Virus record (IMG/VR): IMGVR_UViG_3300028394_000002
Coordinates: 32,998-96,997 of that record
DNA: 64,000 bases
Reading direction: 5' to 3' (one strand)
From: a virus
Positions 38,301 to 47,111 of this stretch are shown piece by piece. Made by a program: the position numbers and the translations under genes. Positions within the stretch are counted from its first letter, which is position 1. Every line of letters starts with the position of its first letter. The notes below the pieces were generated by a model, which was not told where the DNA came from, did not search any database, and worked only from the letters and a program-made list of their open reading frames with translations.

Positions 38301-39486
38301 AATGGGGAAAAATAATTTAGCTCAAAATATAAATTATAATACTTTATTTGCTGGATTTAGAGTAGGTGATGAACATATAGATGAGCAAGTAATGTATTCT
38401 ATGTTACAAAACTATGGGCTAGATAAAAATAATAATTTAGTTAGACTTAATGCTAAGCGTTTAGAAGAGGGTTTAAAGTCTTTACTAGATAATAGTAAGA
38501 TAGAAGGAGAAGCTCTTATTGTGGAGGGTTTAATTGATAAAGAAGGTAATGTTAATGCTGAGTTATATTCTCAATTAAGAAACCTTGTATTAAATACTAC
38601 TACAACTATTAAAGGAGGTCTGAACTCTGAAGATATGAATGCCGCTAACATGACTGTTATGGGTAAGCTATTTATGAGTTTTAGAAACTGGTTACCTGCT
38701 TTAGCTGAAGAGAGATTTAGAGGAGTAGATAATATACTATCACAACAATCTTTAAGATACAATCCACAAACTAATACAGTTACTGAAGCTAGATATACTG
38801 CTTTATTAAGTGACGTAGTAGATCCTGAAGCTGTTGGAATATTAAATTTAGTTAAATATGTAGGATTAGCTAGTGCTAAATTAGCTGCTAATATGCTACC
38901 TTTTGTTAAAAATAGTAAGTTTGCTCAAGTTAATGAAAATAGAGCTAGAGTTTTATATGATAATTTTTTAAAAGAGAATGAACATCTACCTGCTGTTAAA
39001 AATGGTAGCCTTACATTTGAAGATTTTTTAGAATATAAGCAAGGTCAGATTAGAGCTTTAGCAACTGAAATAACTTATATTTTAACTTTATTAGTATTAC
39101 TTGGAATACTTGGCGGAGGGTTTGATGATGACGATAAGTTCGCTAAAAAAAATTGGGCAACGCGCCAGTCTTATAGAATTCTTAATAGGTATCGTAGAGA
39201 GCTTATGGGAATAGTTAATCCTGGAGATTGGATAACATTACTTAATAATCCTTTACCTATACTAGGACTAGTAATTAATGCTACTAAAACTATACAAAAT
39301 ACTTTTGATGAGGGGTTTGATGAAATTTTTGGAGAGGCCGAAGGTAGAAGTCTAGTTAACATTATGGGTAACAAGAAGATAAAAGATAAAAAAGAAAAAC
39401 TCTATTATCTTTATAAATGGATACCAGGTTATAAGTTTATAAACTTATTTGAGCCTACAAAAACAACTCAATCTAGTAAATACTAA
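35317..39486 (+). CDS. Large cargo protein with an N-terminal PD-(D/E)XK (RecB/Cas4-like) nuclease domain and a C-terminal hydrophobic helix
   Basis: 1389 aa; GTKFH...AE...GTADL...VLDYKT...QL; MSFRNW motif; hydrophobic YILTLLVLLGILGG. Confidence 0.65.
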   Translation: MPVNCPIDPSKFDIQTVRDLVNQKKFEFLKGNPNDTVEDVIARRKILQGLFTTELVDNSKLTKGLHLDGSGKTSRYVWIDTKELAVQGRVTDKNKAAFVKRRGKEASDELSNLPDNEVKRNGGTKFHKAAQDLTNIFKNKYAKFIENPPSKEELKTVQEISDELGLNPQDFEALFFEIEKLVKLGIDIQKDIDPTKKVFIQAEDFNLDTDGSKGGTADLFFLFSDKSGGVLDYKTMTPHYSKLDANGNIVKDDWIPGYKIEEFNVQLPTLMDMYKKTGVKNFRFARIMPVQIGFVEKKKADPTKKEGARLTDVITTIKMGEDSDKKKFLTPIPITLESTGVAGLDEALSKANKLKHNLTKRLERLADETAEAFKLRGRIKKLNSLINSIMLKKDIKGFTELYNGLIQGYLDINRTLKSDYLEEGNTLYLNLSKIDDLMSDLQLFKAIANSTPDFIKSIPEDKANALDRAAYFANLDTIAGVANNLEEALKQRTIDLTLNLDDRAAMLGDKNLTWFDKLLRRFSNINNTIFKKARTIIEGANTKTRLDLIKFTDKLDKLNKELQVWGAANGLGGFKVYDLLINKKSGNLHTKFKSELYDELEEARREKDDKTLDSMVKLKEDYKELYQAALQKHMIINSYTMGDIQTNKDLIEWINENNPDLKSSTSKYSDYWYKYYEIDPSKVSENLLNPEYAKIRSTPALLNYYNFWEESMEQFRSLLDIQYTKVPNNFIPWIKGNTMEQFMNGSTVFSKENFMNIMSVQENNTILYKEGYITLRGEIDPATGLQKREIPKYFINPLVNNQGDIDNTLKSFDLSSSLAVFAQMAFSYNNLKHTESTIEALKDILAEKGVNQTTADGKEVRINNDQKAQTEEGPQTEESRLFEDMVNYHLYGVFYKDKPSKLKQGLLKIKQYQQIKELAISPISNLVNLMGARTNAFFEGDKGYFYTKTMWGKSLKDRYSNEKKPLYFALANFIQPYAGKPEDRKSMPWLDKVAKMGKNNLAQNINYNTLFAGFRVGDEHIDEQVMYSMLQNYGLDKNNNLVRLNAKRLEEGLKSLLDNSKIEGEALIVEGLIDKEGNVNAELYSQLRNLVLNTTTTIKGGLNSEDMNAANMTVMGKLFMSFRNWLPALAEERFRGVDNILSQQSLRYNPQTNTVTEARYTALLSDVVDPEAVGILNLVKYVGLASAKLAANMLPFVKNSKFAQVNENRARVLYDNFLKENEHLPAVKNGSLTFEDFLEYKQGQIRALATEITYILTLLVLLGILGGGFDDDDKFAKKNWATRQSYRILNRYRRELMGIVNPGDWITLLNNPLPILGLVINATKTIQNTFDEGFDEIFGEAEGRSLVNIMGNKKIKDKKEKLYYLYKWIPGYKFINLFEPTKTTQSSKY

Positions 39487-39494
39487 ATAAAAAT

Positions 39495-39530
39495 AAAAAG
39501 GAGAGGCTGTTAAACCTCTCCTTTTTTTAT
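39495..39530. terminator. Bidirectional intrinsic terminator between convergent gene blocks
   Basis: AAAAAGGAGAGG-ctgttaaa-CCTCTCCTTTTTTT: perfect inverted repeat with A- and T-tracts on either side. Confidence 0.9.
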
Positions 39531-39770
39531 TTACTTAATAGCTTCTTTAATAGCTTTCTTAGCTTTGTTAATACTTGCAAAACTACCTAAATAAACTCTC
39601 TCACCGTTTAAAGTAGGACGAGCCATATAAGTAGGATTAGCAATATTCTTATTACTTACATATACTCCTTTAGGTAATACATCTCCTGTACTAGTAACTC
39701 GTTTACCTTTAATAGTTTTAGTAGTTACACATTTAACTTTACCTTTTGTTGTTTTAGTCTTTCCTTTCAT
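39531..39770 (-). CDS. Small basic AP2-like DNA-binding protein
   Basis: LPKGVY...YMAR..LNGERVYLGSF.....A..A pattern. Confidence 0.55.
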   Translation of the reverse strand: MKGKTKTTKGKVKCVTTKTIKGKRVTSTGDVLPKGVYVSNKNIANPTYMARPTLNGERVYLGSFASINKAKKAIKEAIK

Positions 39771-39772
39771 TC

Positions 39773-40003
39773 TTACCCTTTTAAAATTTTATTAATATTA
39801 TCTTTAATTACTACATTCTTGTAATATACTTTACTTTGATCTCGTATAGTATCTTGAATAGCCTTAATTTGCTCTTCTTTTAATCTATTACTCGCAGAAA
39901 TTTCCTCATTCATCTTATCTAATTGTATTACTGTGTTAGTAAATACCGCTAAGATTTTATTAGTACGAGATTCAAAATTACCTTTTTTAAATATAGTTAC
40001 CAT
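39773..40003 (-). CDS. Hypothetical coiled-coil protein
   Basis: 76-aa ORF packed in the operon. Confidence 0.6.
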   Translation of the reverse strand: MVTIFKKGNFESRTNKILAVFTNTVIQLDKMNEEISASNRLKEEQIKAIQDTIRDQSKVYYKNVVIKDNINKILKG

Positions 40004-40693
40004 CTAAATTGTTATTAAATTACCATTATTACTAGGCCCTTTATCAAACTCTCCATCTGTTACTACACTACCATTACTAAAAATAGTAGGTAAAGTTCCT
40101 AGTTGTCTAATACCTGAATTTAAGTTATCTTCATTATCATGAATATGTCCAAAACAAACTAACTTAGGTTTAATTTGAAATACTTTTTTTAATAAAGCAC
40201 CGCATCCACAATACTCTAATAACCACTTATTATCTATTTTATGATAAGCTAAGTCCATAATCCCTTTAGGAGGACCATGAGTTATTATAATATCAGTATC
40301 ATCAGGTATAGTAGCCCACAAATCATGTAATTTTTCACGCTTCTTATTGTAAGCCCAACCTATTCCAAAACTAGGAGTATATGGACTACCCCATATCTTT
40401 AAACCTTCTATTTCAATTGAGCTGTTTTCTAAGTAAGTAATTCCTACTGATTCAAAATTATCTTTTGTTAAATACCCAGCTTCAATAGAAGTGTCATGAT
40501 TACCTGCTACAAATATTTTATATTTCATAGGAAGATTTACAAACCAAGTTATAAAATCTCTTACTTGCACTTTATTAATAGAAGGCTCTCTAGGGTTACT
40601 ACAATCACCGCTAAATATTACAATATCACAATCTTTAGGAGGATTAAGATATTCATGTTTAGTATGTGTATCGCTAATGTGCCAAATCTTCAT
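40004..40693 (-). CDS. Calcineurin-like metallophosphoesterase
   Basis: SDTH, GD, AGNHD, THGPP and FGHIH motifs. Confidence 0.9.
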   Translation of the reverse strand: MKIWHISDTHTKHEYLNPPKDCDIVIFSGDCSNPREPSINKVQVRDFITWFVNLPMKYKIFVAGNHDTSIEAGYLTKDNFESVGITYLENSSIEIEGLKIWGSPYTPSFGIGWAYNKKREKLHDLWATIPDDTDIIITHGPPKGIMDLAYHKIDNKWLLEYCGCGALLKKVFQIKPKLVCFGHIHDNEDNLNSGIRQLGTLPTIFSNGSVVTDGEFDKGPSNNGNLITI

Positions 40694-40862
40694 CTTGTTT
40701 TATTTTATGTTGTTTAAGAGCCTCTTCTAGTAATATGATAGGTAATACAACTATACCATATTCACCATCAGAAGTATCAAAAGTAACATTATCATCTACT
40801 AGTTTTAGTAGTCCAAATCTACCATAATTTACTTCTTGTTCATATACTATTGTTTTTATCAT
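40674..40862 (-). CDS. Hypothetical protein
   Basis: 62-aa ORF filling the gap in the operon. Confidence 0.55.
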   Translation of the reverse strand: MIKTIVYEQEVNYGRFGLLKLVDDNVTFDTSDGEYGIVVLPIILLEEALKQHKIKQDEDLAH

Positions 40863-40870
40863 ACCTTTAA

Positions 40871-41530
40871 TTATTTATCATACTCATATTCTAGAATTTT
40901 ACCTACTAAGTCACTTCGATGGTTAGCTTTTAATTTAATCCATTTAATACCAGGTATTTGTTTTGATAATTCAATAACATAGCTCAGACCATTATAATCA
41001 TCTTTAATGTCTTTTTGCTCGTTATCCCCATTAATAATAATCTTACCTGTTTTACCTAATCTAGTTAGAATAGCAAGCATTTCAGCTTTAGTAGTATTTT
41101 GACTCTCTTCTAAAATTAGAATATCATCAATAGTTTTACCTCTAATAAATTGAATAGGCAGAGCTTTAATTTTACCTGATTCTATTAGATTTTCTACCTC
41201 AGCCTTATTAGTACAGCATTTATTTAAGTTCTCTATAAAAGCTTCCATATAAGGGTCAAACTTTTCATCTAAAGCACCAGGAAGAAATCCTAGTGATTTA
41301 CCTACTTCAATAGCTGCTCTTGTATTCCAAATACAATTTACCTGCTTCTTCTTAAGGAAGTCTAAAGCTGCTTGAGCGCAGACTAAACTTTTACCACTAC
41401 CAGCCCTACCTGTAACCACTACAATTTGATTTGCGATGATAAGACTTTTAGCATGTTTCTGCTCATCATTTAATTGGATAGCATTGATCACCTTAATATC
41501 TCCTTTTCTCTGTCTATTAGGTTCTTTCAT
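40871..41530 (-). CDS. phoH: PhoH-family ATPase
   Basis: GRAGSGKS, LGFLPG, FIRGKT, EESQN, LTRLG and GD..Q.D motifs. Confidence 0.92.
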   Translation of the reverse strand: MKEPNRQRKGDIKVINAIQLNDEQKHAKSLIIANQIVVVTGRAGSGKSLVCAQAALDFLKKKQVNCIWNTRAAIEVGKSLGFLPGALDEKFDPYMEAFIENLNKCCTNKAEVENLIESGKIKALPIQFIRGKTIDDILILEESQNTTKAEMLAILTRLGKTGKIIINGDNEQKDIKDDYNGLSYVIELSKQIPGIKWIKLKANHRSDLVGKILEYEYDK

Positions 41531-41537
41531 ATTATAA

Positions 41538-43406
41538 TTATTTTATTTCACAACCAGATGCTCCACAAGCTATTTCATCAACTAGTGTAGTATTATCATC
41601 TTCTTCGATAACTTTAGTAAGATCAATAGAATGAATATGTTTAACTAATTCTTCATACTTCTCTTTAGTTATATCTTCAAAAGGAGCTTGAATATAGCTA
41701 CCGCCATCATAAGGTAAAACACTTAACCCATTAAAAGAGGTTCTGTTATCCCACATCCAATTACCAATAGACTCCCATTCATCATCTTTTACAGATATAG
41801 TAGCAGATATGTTATGAGTATTTTCACCAGCATTATGACCTGGTTTAATCCAAGTTTCATTTAGAAATTTAACTTTTTGAAGTAACTCTAATGCTGTTTC
41901 CTTGTTTCTAATAGTAGCTCCTTCAGGTGCTTTAATAGGTATTTCTACTACAGCGCTATTAGCAATCATCTTATAGTCTTGTATAATCTCAGGATGATTA
42001 GCACTTAGATACTCATAGATAGCCTCAGATTTATTCATCTGCATTCTTCTAATATAGTAATCATTATGCCAAGCATGAATACCTGAACTTACACCTAACA
42101 CTAAACTAGTAGTACCAGATGGTTTAATACAAGTTGTTCTAGCTGCAGGATTAATACCTAAGTAATTAGCTAAGCGTTTATTAGTATCAATAACAACTTC
42201 TGTAGCTTCTTTAGGGTCATACTTAAATATCTCATTAGAAGCAATACCTGTCATTCCTATACCTATTAGAGCGTCTTTCTCAGTAGTCTTCTTCCAAATA
42301 GGTCTTAGATAATGGAAGTCAGTAAATCCTGCTTGTAATGTACCAAAGAATGAAGCAGCTTTTGCTCTTTGATTATAGTCTTCTTGTGACTCTAAATTTG
42401 ATACATTAATCTCAGATAAGTTACAGAACTGATAAGGTCTTAGAGCTATTTCACAACAAGGGTTAGTACCCCAATCTGGATTGTTAGTAAAGTAAATACC
42501 TGGTTCCCCACTATTAGATAGCTCAATCTTCTTCCACAAATCTAAGAAAAACTCTTTAGATATCTTATGTCTTACTAAGACAGCAGAGTTATTAGCCCTA
42601 CCTCTTTGAGGGTTTTCTTCCCACCAATTACCAAACTTACAAGTAAGCATAGCTTCATCATCTGCATTGAATAAGCAAATTAATGCTGCTCTACGAATGC
42701 CTCCTGCTAGTACTGAATCAGCTAAGTGACATACAATATCATGTACTTCTAGTGAGGTTAACTTCTCACCATTACTCTTTCTATCAAGAATCCTCTCTAT
42801 TTCAAATAAACACCTCATAAGTGGTTCAGGTCCTGGAGCTTTACCACCAGCTGTAATAAGTCTTTGTCCTTTAGGTCTAATATCACTAAAATCAAATTTA
42901 GGTTTAGTAGTTCTAAGTCCAAAATAACTAGCCATAAGATGTCTTACAGCATCAGCCCAACCTTCAATACTATCGCCTACAAGATACTTTTGTTCCTTAG
43001 TAGGTTTATGTATTTCAGGTAACCTATCAACATGGTTATTCTGAACAGAATAGCCTACACCTGTACCTCCTAATAGTAGAAACATAATTTCACTAAAACT
43101 TCTATAGTCATCTATAGGTAAATAACAGCAGTTATAAATTCTAGCTTCATTCTTTTCAATAGCAGCGCCAGAGAATTGCATAGCTCTCATACTAGGCAAT
43201 ACCTTTTTATCATATATAAACTTTGATTGGTAAATAATATCTTCTTTTAAAGTAGGATATTTTTTAATCATCATATTTATATACCTATCTACTACTTCAC
43301 TATAGGCTTCTCTTCTTTTTAAGATTGGGTTATACTTTGCGTACTTGTTAAAAACTACTAAGTCGCTTAACACTTGAATTGATGTTTCTGTTTTGTTTTC
43401 TATCAT
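41538..43406 (-). CDS. nrdJ: Class II (adenosylcobalamin-dependent) ribonucleotide reductase, monomeric RTPR type
   Basis: YNC, GGIRRAA, TNPCCEI, CNLSE, KPSGT and C-terminal CxxxxC; no beta-subunit gene nearby. Confidence 0.88.
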   Translation of the reverse strand: MIENKTETSIQVLSDLVVFNKYAKYNPILKRREAYSEVVDRYINMMIKKYPTLKEDIIYQSKFIYDKKVLPSMRAMQFSGAAIEKNEARIYNCCYLPIDDYRSFSEIMFLLLGGTGVGYSVQNNHVDRLPEIHKPTKEQKYLVGDSIEGWADAVRHLMASYFGLRTTKPKFDFSDIRPKGQRLITAGGKAPGPEPLMRCLFEIERILDRKSNGEKLTSLEVHDIVCHLADSVLAGGIRRAALICLFNADDEAMLTCKFGNWWEENPQRGRANNSAVLVRHKISKEFFLDLWKKIELSNSGEPGIYFTNNPDWGTNPCCEIALRPYQFCNLSEINVSNLESQEDYNQRAKAASFFGTLQAGFTDFHYLRPIWKKTTEKDALIGIGMTGIASNEIFKYDPKEATEVVIDTNKRLANYLGINPAARTTCIKPSGTTSLVLGVSSGIHAWHNDYYIRRMQMNKSEAIYEYLSANHPEIIQDYKMIANSAVVEIPIKAPEGATIRNKETALELLQKVKFLNETWIKPGHNAGENTHNISATISVKDDEWESIGNWMWDNRTSFNGLSVLPYDGGSYIQAPFEDITKEKYEELVKHIHSIDLTKVIEEDDNTTLVDEIACGASGCEIK

Positions 43407-43507
43407 ATATATTATTTATCTACCACACATTATTGAATGGGAGGACATACAATATATCCTCCCTAATCAATTTTTACAACTTTCTCTTATAATACATAAG
43501 ATACTAC

Positions 43508-44281
43508 CTAGTTATTTTTACTATCTTTCTTAATAGCTACAGAATGATACTTACCACAAGTTTTGCATTGATATTGTTGGGTTTGTCTTCCAGCAATACT
43601 AATTCTTATCTTATGTTTAACTATATTTGGAGAGCCACACTCCACACAGTTAATACCATTACCTTCTACTCTAATAGTTTTAGTAACTTTATTCTTTAAA
43701 TAAGGATTTAGTTTATTGAAAACTTCTTCTAAGACTTCAACATCTTGCTTACAATATGCTACCATTTTGTTTAAAGCTTGTTTGTTGTGTCTTAAAACAA
43801 CGTCATCCCATAATTCTAATCCCCCAGTTTCCATCTTACCTTCAGAACCTAAGAATTTACTAATATAATCTAACTTGTTAGAGTTAAATAAGAATAGTTT
43901 CTTAGCTTCTTTTAAAGTATCAATAGATTGAATAAAAGGAGTTAATGCTACTCCGTGATATAAGCATCTAGTTCTCAACCACTTGGTATCGAATCTATCT
44001 GAATTATGCCCTATCACTTCATCAGCTGAATTTAAAATCTCAGCAAACTTTGTTACTAACTCACTATCATCACCCTTATTCCAAGCTAAATACTTAACTT
44101 GGCTATCTCCATCCCACTTGTAAGCTACACAAATAATTGCTCTTTCTTGGATAATATCCTTATCAGTTAACCTAACTTCATAACCTATTCTCCAAGATTT
44201 AACTATATTATAAGATGTTTCAATATCATAAAATAGTCTTTTAAACTTTTTAACTGCCTCTTTCTTTCCTTTACTATTCAT
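43508..44281 (-). CDS. RNase H-like (DEDD) 3'-5' exonuclease with a C-terminal Zn ribbon
   Basis: YDIET, GHNSDRFD, IDTL and YCKQDV motifs; CVECGS...CKTCG. Confidence 0.85.
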   Translation of the reverse strand: MNSKGKKEAVKKFKRLFYDIETSYNIVKSWRIGYEVRLTDKDIIQERAIICVAYKWDGDSQVKYLAWNKGDDSELVTKFAEILNSADEVIGHNSDRFDTKWLRTRCLYHGVALTPFIQSIDTLKEAKKLFLFNSNKLDYISKFLGSEGKMETGGLELWDDVVLRHNKQALNKMVAYCKQDVEVLEEVFNKLNPYLKNKVTKTIRVEGNGINCVECGSPNIVKHKIRISIAGRQTQQYQCKTCGKYHSVAIKKDSKNN

Positions 44282-44510
44282 TCTTTAGGTATTTGTTTAT
44301 AACCAGTTTAGCTTCTTTTTCTGATTCTGAATCTTCTGATATCAAAAACTGTCTAACTGTATTAAATTCTTCTTCTGATAATTGAGGTACTAAAACATCT
44401 AACTGATCTACAGTTATTCCTAACCCATTAGCAGTTAAATGTTTCATAGTAAACTCAAAATTATTATCATCAGAACTAGGCTCCGCTGCTTCCAAATCCG
44501 CCATTTCCAC
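44274..44510 (-). CDS. Acidic hypothetical protein
   Basis: 78 aa; N-terminus overlaps the end of the dUTPase gene. Confidence 0.55.
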   Translation of the reverse strand: MEMADLEAAEPSSDDNNFEFTMKHLTANGLGITVDQLDVLVPQLSEEEFNTVRQFLISEDSESEKEAKLVINKYLKNE

Positions 44511-44964
44511 GTTGTGTTATAGGAAGTTCTGAAACTTCACTAAAATTAATAGTTGGTATTGGTAATATAACAAGCTGGCCAATTCTTTCGCCTGCATCAT
44601 ACAACTTAGGTAAAGTTTTGTATTTAAAGCGTAGTTTAATTTCGCCTGTATAACTAGGGTCAATTACTCCTACCGCATTAGCAAGAAATAAATCTTTTTT
44701 AGATATACTGCTTCTAGGAAATATAAAACCTCCATAACCTTCAGGTATCTTAATAGCTAACCCAGTACCATACTCATAGTAAGCAGCTTCTTCAATAGTA
44801 GCTGGTACATGATTAACTGAAGTAGCAGTTAAGTCTGCTCCTACATCTCCTATGTTAGCGTAAGTTGGAATTACAGCCTTTTCATCTAACTTCTTAAATT
44901 GTACAAATACATTTGGTTTAACCATGTCTTCTGCGTAAACTACTTGTTCTGCTTCTTTATTCAT
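44476..44964 (-). CDS. dut: Trimeric dUTPase
   Basis: GADL, PRSS, GVIDPSYTGEI, RIGQL and RGNGGFGSSG motifs. Confidence 0.95.
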   Translation of the reverse strand: MNKEAEQVVYAEDMVKPNVFVQFKKLDEKAVIPTYANIGDVGADLTATSVNHVPATIEEAAYYEYGTGLAIKIPEGYGGFIFPRSSISKKDLFLANAVGVIDPSYTGEIKLRFKYKTLPKLYDAGERIGQLVILPIPTINFSEVSELPITQRGNGGFGSSGA

Positions 44965-45328
44965 TGAATTCTAATTTTAATTGTTGTTTTTTGTAAATAT
45001 CATTTCTATCATCATCTCCTCTTTCAAGATGTATGTTCTCTCTAAGCATCATTAGACTAGCTATTGCATGATCTATATGATTATGGGTAGACTCATCAAT
45101 ATCTTCTCCAGTCATCCAAGAACTCATATGTCTTTGAGCTGCGTCATAATAACGTAACCAATTAGTACCGTGTGAGTAGTTAAATTTGGAGTATTTATTA
45201 GCTCCATAATTAAATACTTTAGCCACACTCATTAAAGCTAATTGAGGCACATCACTTAGACAAGGTTTACCTTCATCGTATTTAATAGTTTCCTTTGCTT
45301 TCATTGTCTTCTTTTCTAAAATACTCAT
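44957..45328 (-). CDS. dATP/dGTP diphosphohydrolase-like protein (DUF5664 type)
   Basis: KYDEGK, YGANKY, YYDAAQRH, GEDIDES and HIDHA motifs; true start may be the second Met. Confidence 0.8.
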   Translation of the reverse strand: MSILEKKTMKAKETIKYDEGKPCLSDVPQLALMSVAKVFNYGANKYSKFNYSHGTNWLRYYDAAQRHMSSWMTGEDIDESTHNHIDHAIASLMMLRENIHLERGDDDRNDIYKKQQLKLEFNE

Positions 45329-45875
45329 CTCTATACCTTTCTATGTCCATATTAGGAACTGAAGCCACTTCAGCATCCTTATCTATTGTAACCCCTAAAG
45401 CTTCACTTAAATGTTTTCTTGCTTCCTTTGTAGGATATAAACAAGCTTTAGTTCTACTAAAAAGAGTTTTAGTTTTATCATATCTTAATAAGATACTCAA
45501 TAAATTCTCTTTAAAGTCTTCACTCATTTGTGAATACTTACCGTTAACAAACTTATTAAAATCATTTAGGTATTGCATAGGTACATACATTTTAACAATA
45601 CACCAATCTTCAGATGTTTTGTATCCAATATAGTACTCATCTATACTTAAAGTTTCTAATATTTTATTAAATTTGGTTTGGTCTAAAATAGGTTTTTTAA
45701 ATGTTAAGTATAAAACATCTTTTTGAGTATCTCCTCCAATATAACAATTATGGAAATTCTCACCATAAAAATCAAATGAATACCCTAACATACTTCTTAC
45801 AAAAATATTTGATTTAGTAACTTTATTTACATCAAAATTACCTTTCTCACTAGTTTTCTCTATCTCCTCTATCAT
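45282..45875 (-). CDS. Hypothetical protein
   Basis: 197-aa ORF in the replication operon. Confidence 0.7.
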   Translation of the reverse strand: MIEEIEKTSEKGNFDVNKVTKSNIFVRSMLGYSFDFYGENFHNCYIGGDTQKDVLYLTFKKPILDQTKFNKILETLSIDEYYIGYKTSEDWCIVKMYVPMQYLNDFNKFVNGKYSQMSEDFKENLLSILLRYDKTKTLFSRTKACLYPTKEARKHLSEALGVTIDKDAEVASVPNMDIERYRDEYFRKEDNESKGNY

Positions 45876-45904
45876 CTATCTCCTCTTACTAGTTATTATT
45901 ATTA

Positions 45905-46765
45905 TTATTGTAGATTTAAATTAGCTTCTAAATCTAACTTATCTTCTACTAAACTTGTTTGAAAAAATAGCCCTGAATTACCTAATCCTAATAACTTAAT
46001 AAGCTTATAGTTTTTAGTAAACTCTTCTATACCTTGGTATTCTCCGAATTTAGTTACATATTCATGTAATACTAAACTATGAAAAGGTGTTCCTTCTTCA
46101 TCTTCTTCAAATAGAGTTTCAGCAAACTTACTACCTTTACCTGGAATTCCTTTAATATTATCTATAGAATCACCTGTTATTACTTGTGTCCACAAGTTTA
46201 ACTGAGCGGCATCTTCACTAATATCATAAAATTCTGGTTTCTTGTAGTTATAATGATTACCTGGAATTTGATCTAAGTCTTTATCTGTATGAACAATTAA
46301 GACATTCTGCCCCAATTGTTCTTTACACATATTAACTAAATCATCTGCCTCATAACCATCTACTCTACAGAAACCTAAGGTTTCAATAGCATAAGCTGTT
46401 AATTCTTTCAAAAATCTAGGTTTTTCTAACTTCTTTCGATTAGCTTTGTATTCTGGGTAAAAACTATAACGATGAGAACCAGCTGTTAAGAAAGCTACAT
46501 ATTGAAGACAACCTGAGTCCATTAGAATCTTTAAAAAATATGTGTTAAATTCTTCAATCACATTATTTAAAGTTCTTTCAGTTTGAGCTCCAAATTGAGC
46601 TATTTGATAATCATCTTGTTTCTTATCTACACAAATAGCAAATAAAATACTATCTGCATCAATTATAGCTGTTTTAAGCCCTTCATCTTGTATTATCTTA
46701 GTATTACTTATAAAGTCTACTAAAGTTCCTCTAATCGAAGGATTAGGCACTATTTTAATCTGCAT
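45905..46765 (-). CDS. 5'-3' exonuclease/flap endonuclease (T7 gp6/PolA N-terminal type)
   Basis: IDAD, YKANR, EADD, DKDLDQIPG and GDSIDNIKGIPGKG motifs. Confidence 0.92.
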   Translation of the reverse strand: MQIKIVPNPSIRGTLVDFISNTKIIQDEGLKTAIIDADSILFAICVDKKQDDYQIAQFGAQTERTLNNVIEEFNTYFLKILMDSGCLQYVAFLTAGSHRYSFYPEYKANRKKLEKPRFLKELTAYAIETLGFCRVDGYEADDLVNMCKEQLGQNVLIVHTDKDLDQIPGNHYNYKKPEFYDISEDAAQLNLWTQVITGDSIDNIKGIPGKGSKFAETLFEEDEEGTPFHSLVLHEYVTKFGEYQGIEEFTKNYKLIKLLGLGNSGLFFQTSLVEDKLDLEANLNLQ

Positions 46766-47111
46766 AGTCCTCCTCTAACAATTCAACCTCTTCGTTATGC
46801 ATTACTGCTAACCATTGGTCATATAAAACTTTGTAGGGCTCATTTAAAGTAAACATTTGATAATATCTCCAAAGTTCTTCATCCCCTTGTTCATAAGCTA
46901 TTATAAACTCATCACTAGAAATAGTATCATTAGTTAGATACTCTTCTATCATAGGCCCTAAAGTATACCTACCATTAATAGCCGCATCATACTCATCAGA
47001 TTTAGGTCCAAATTGAGCTAAAATACCTTCTATTAATTCAGTAGGATACATATAAATAGAACCTTTATACTCCCTTTCTATTACTGAGTTAGCTTTTAAT
47101 TCCGCTTCCAT
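46755..47111 (-). CDS. Acidic hypothetical protein
   Basis: 118-aa ORF overlapping its neighbours. Confidence 0.6.
   Translation of the reverse strand: MEAELKANSVIEREYKGSIYMYPTELIEGILAQFGPKSDEYDAAINGRYTLGPMIEEYLTNDTISSDEFIIAYEQGDEELWRYYQMFTLNEPYKVLYDQWLAVMHNEEVELLEEDYAD

Noticed and set aside
1275-39374. Short minus-strand track ORFs within the + block (e.g. 1275-1580, 13774-14115, 22089-22499, 32833-33204, 36573-36941) and alternate-frame 37850-38038
   Set aside because: They lie over long genes, have shadow-like composition and show no motifs
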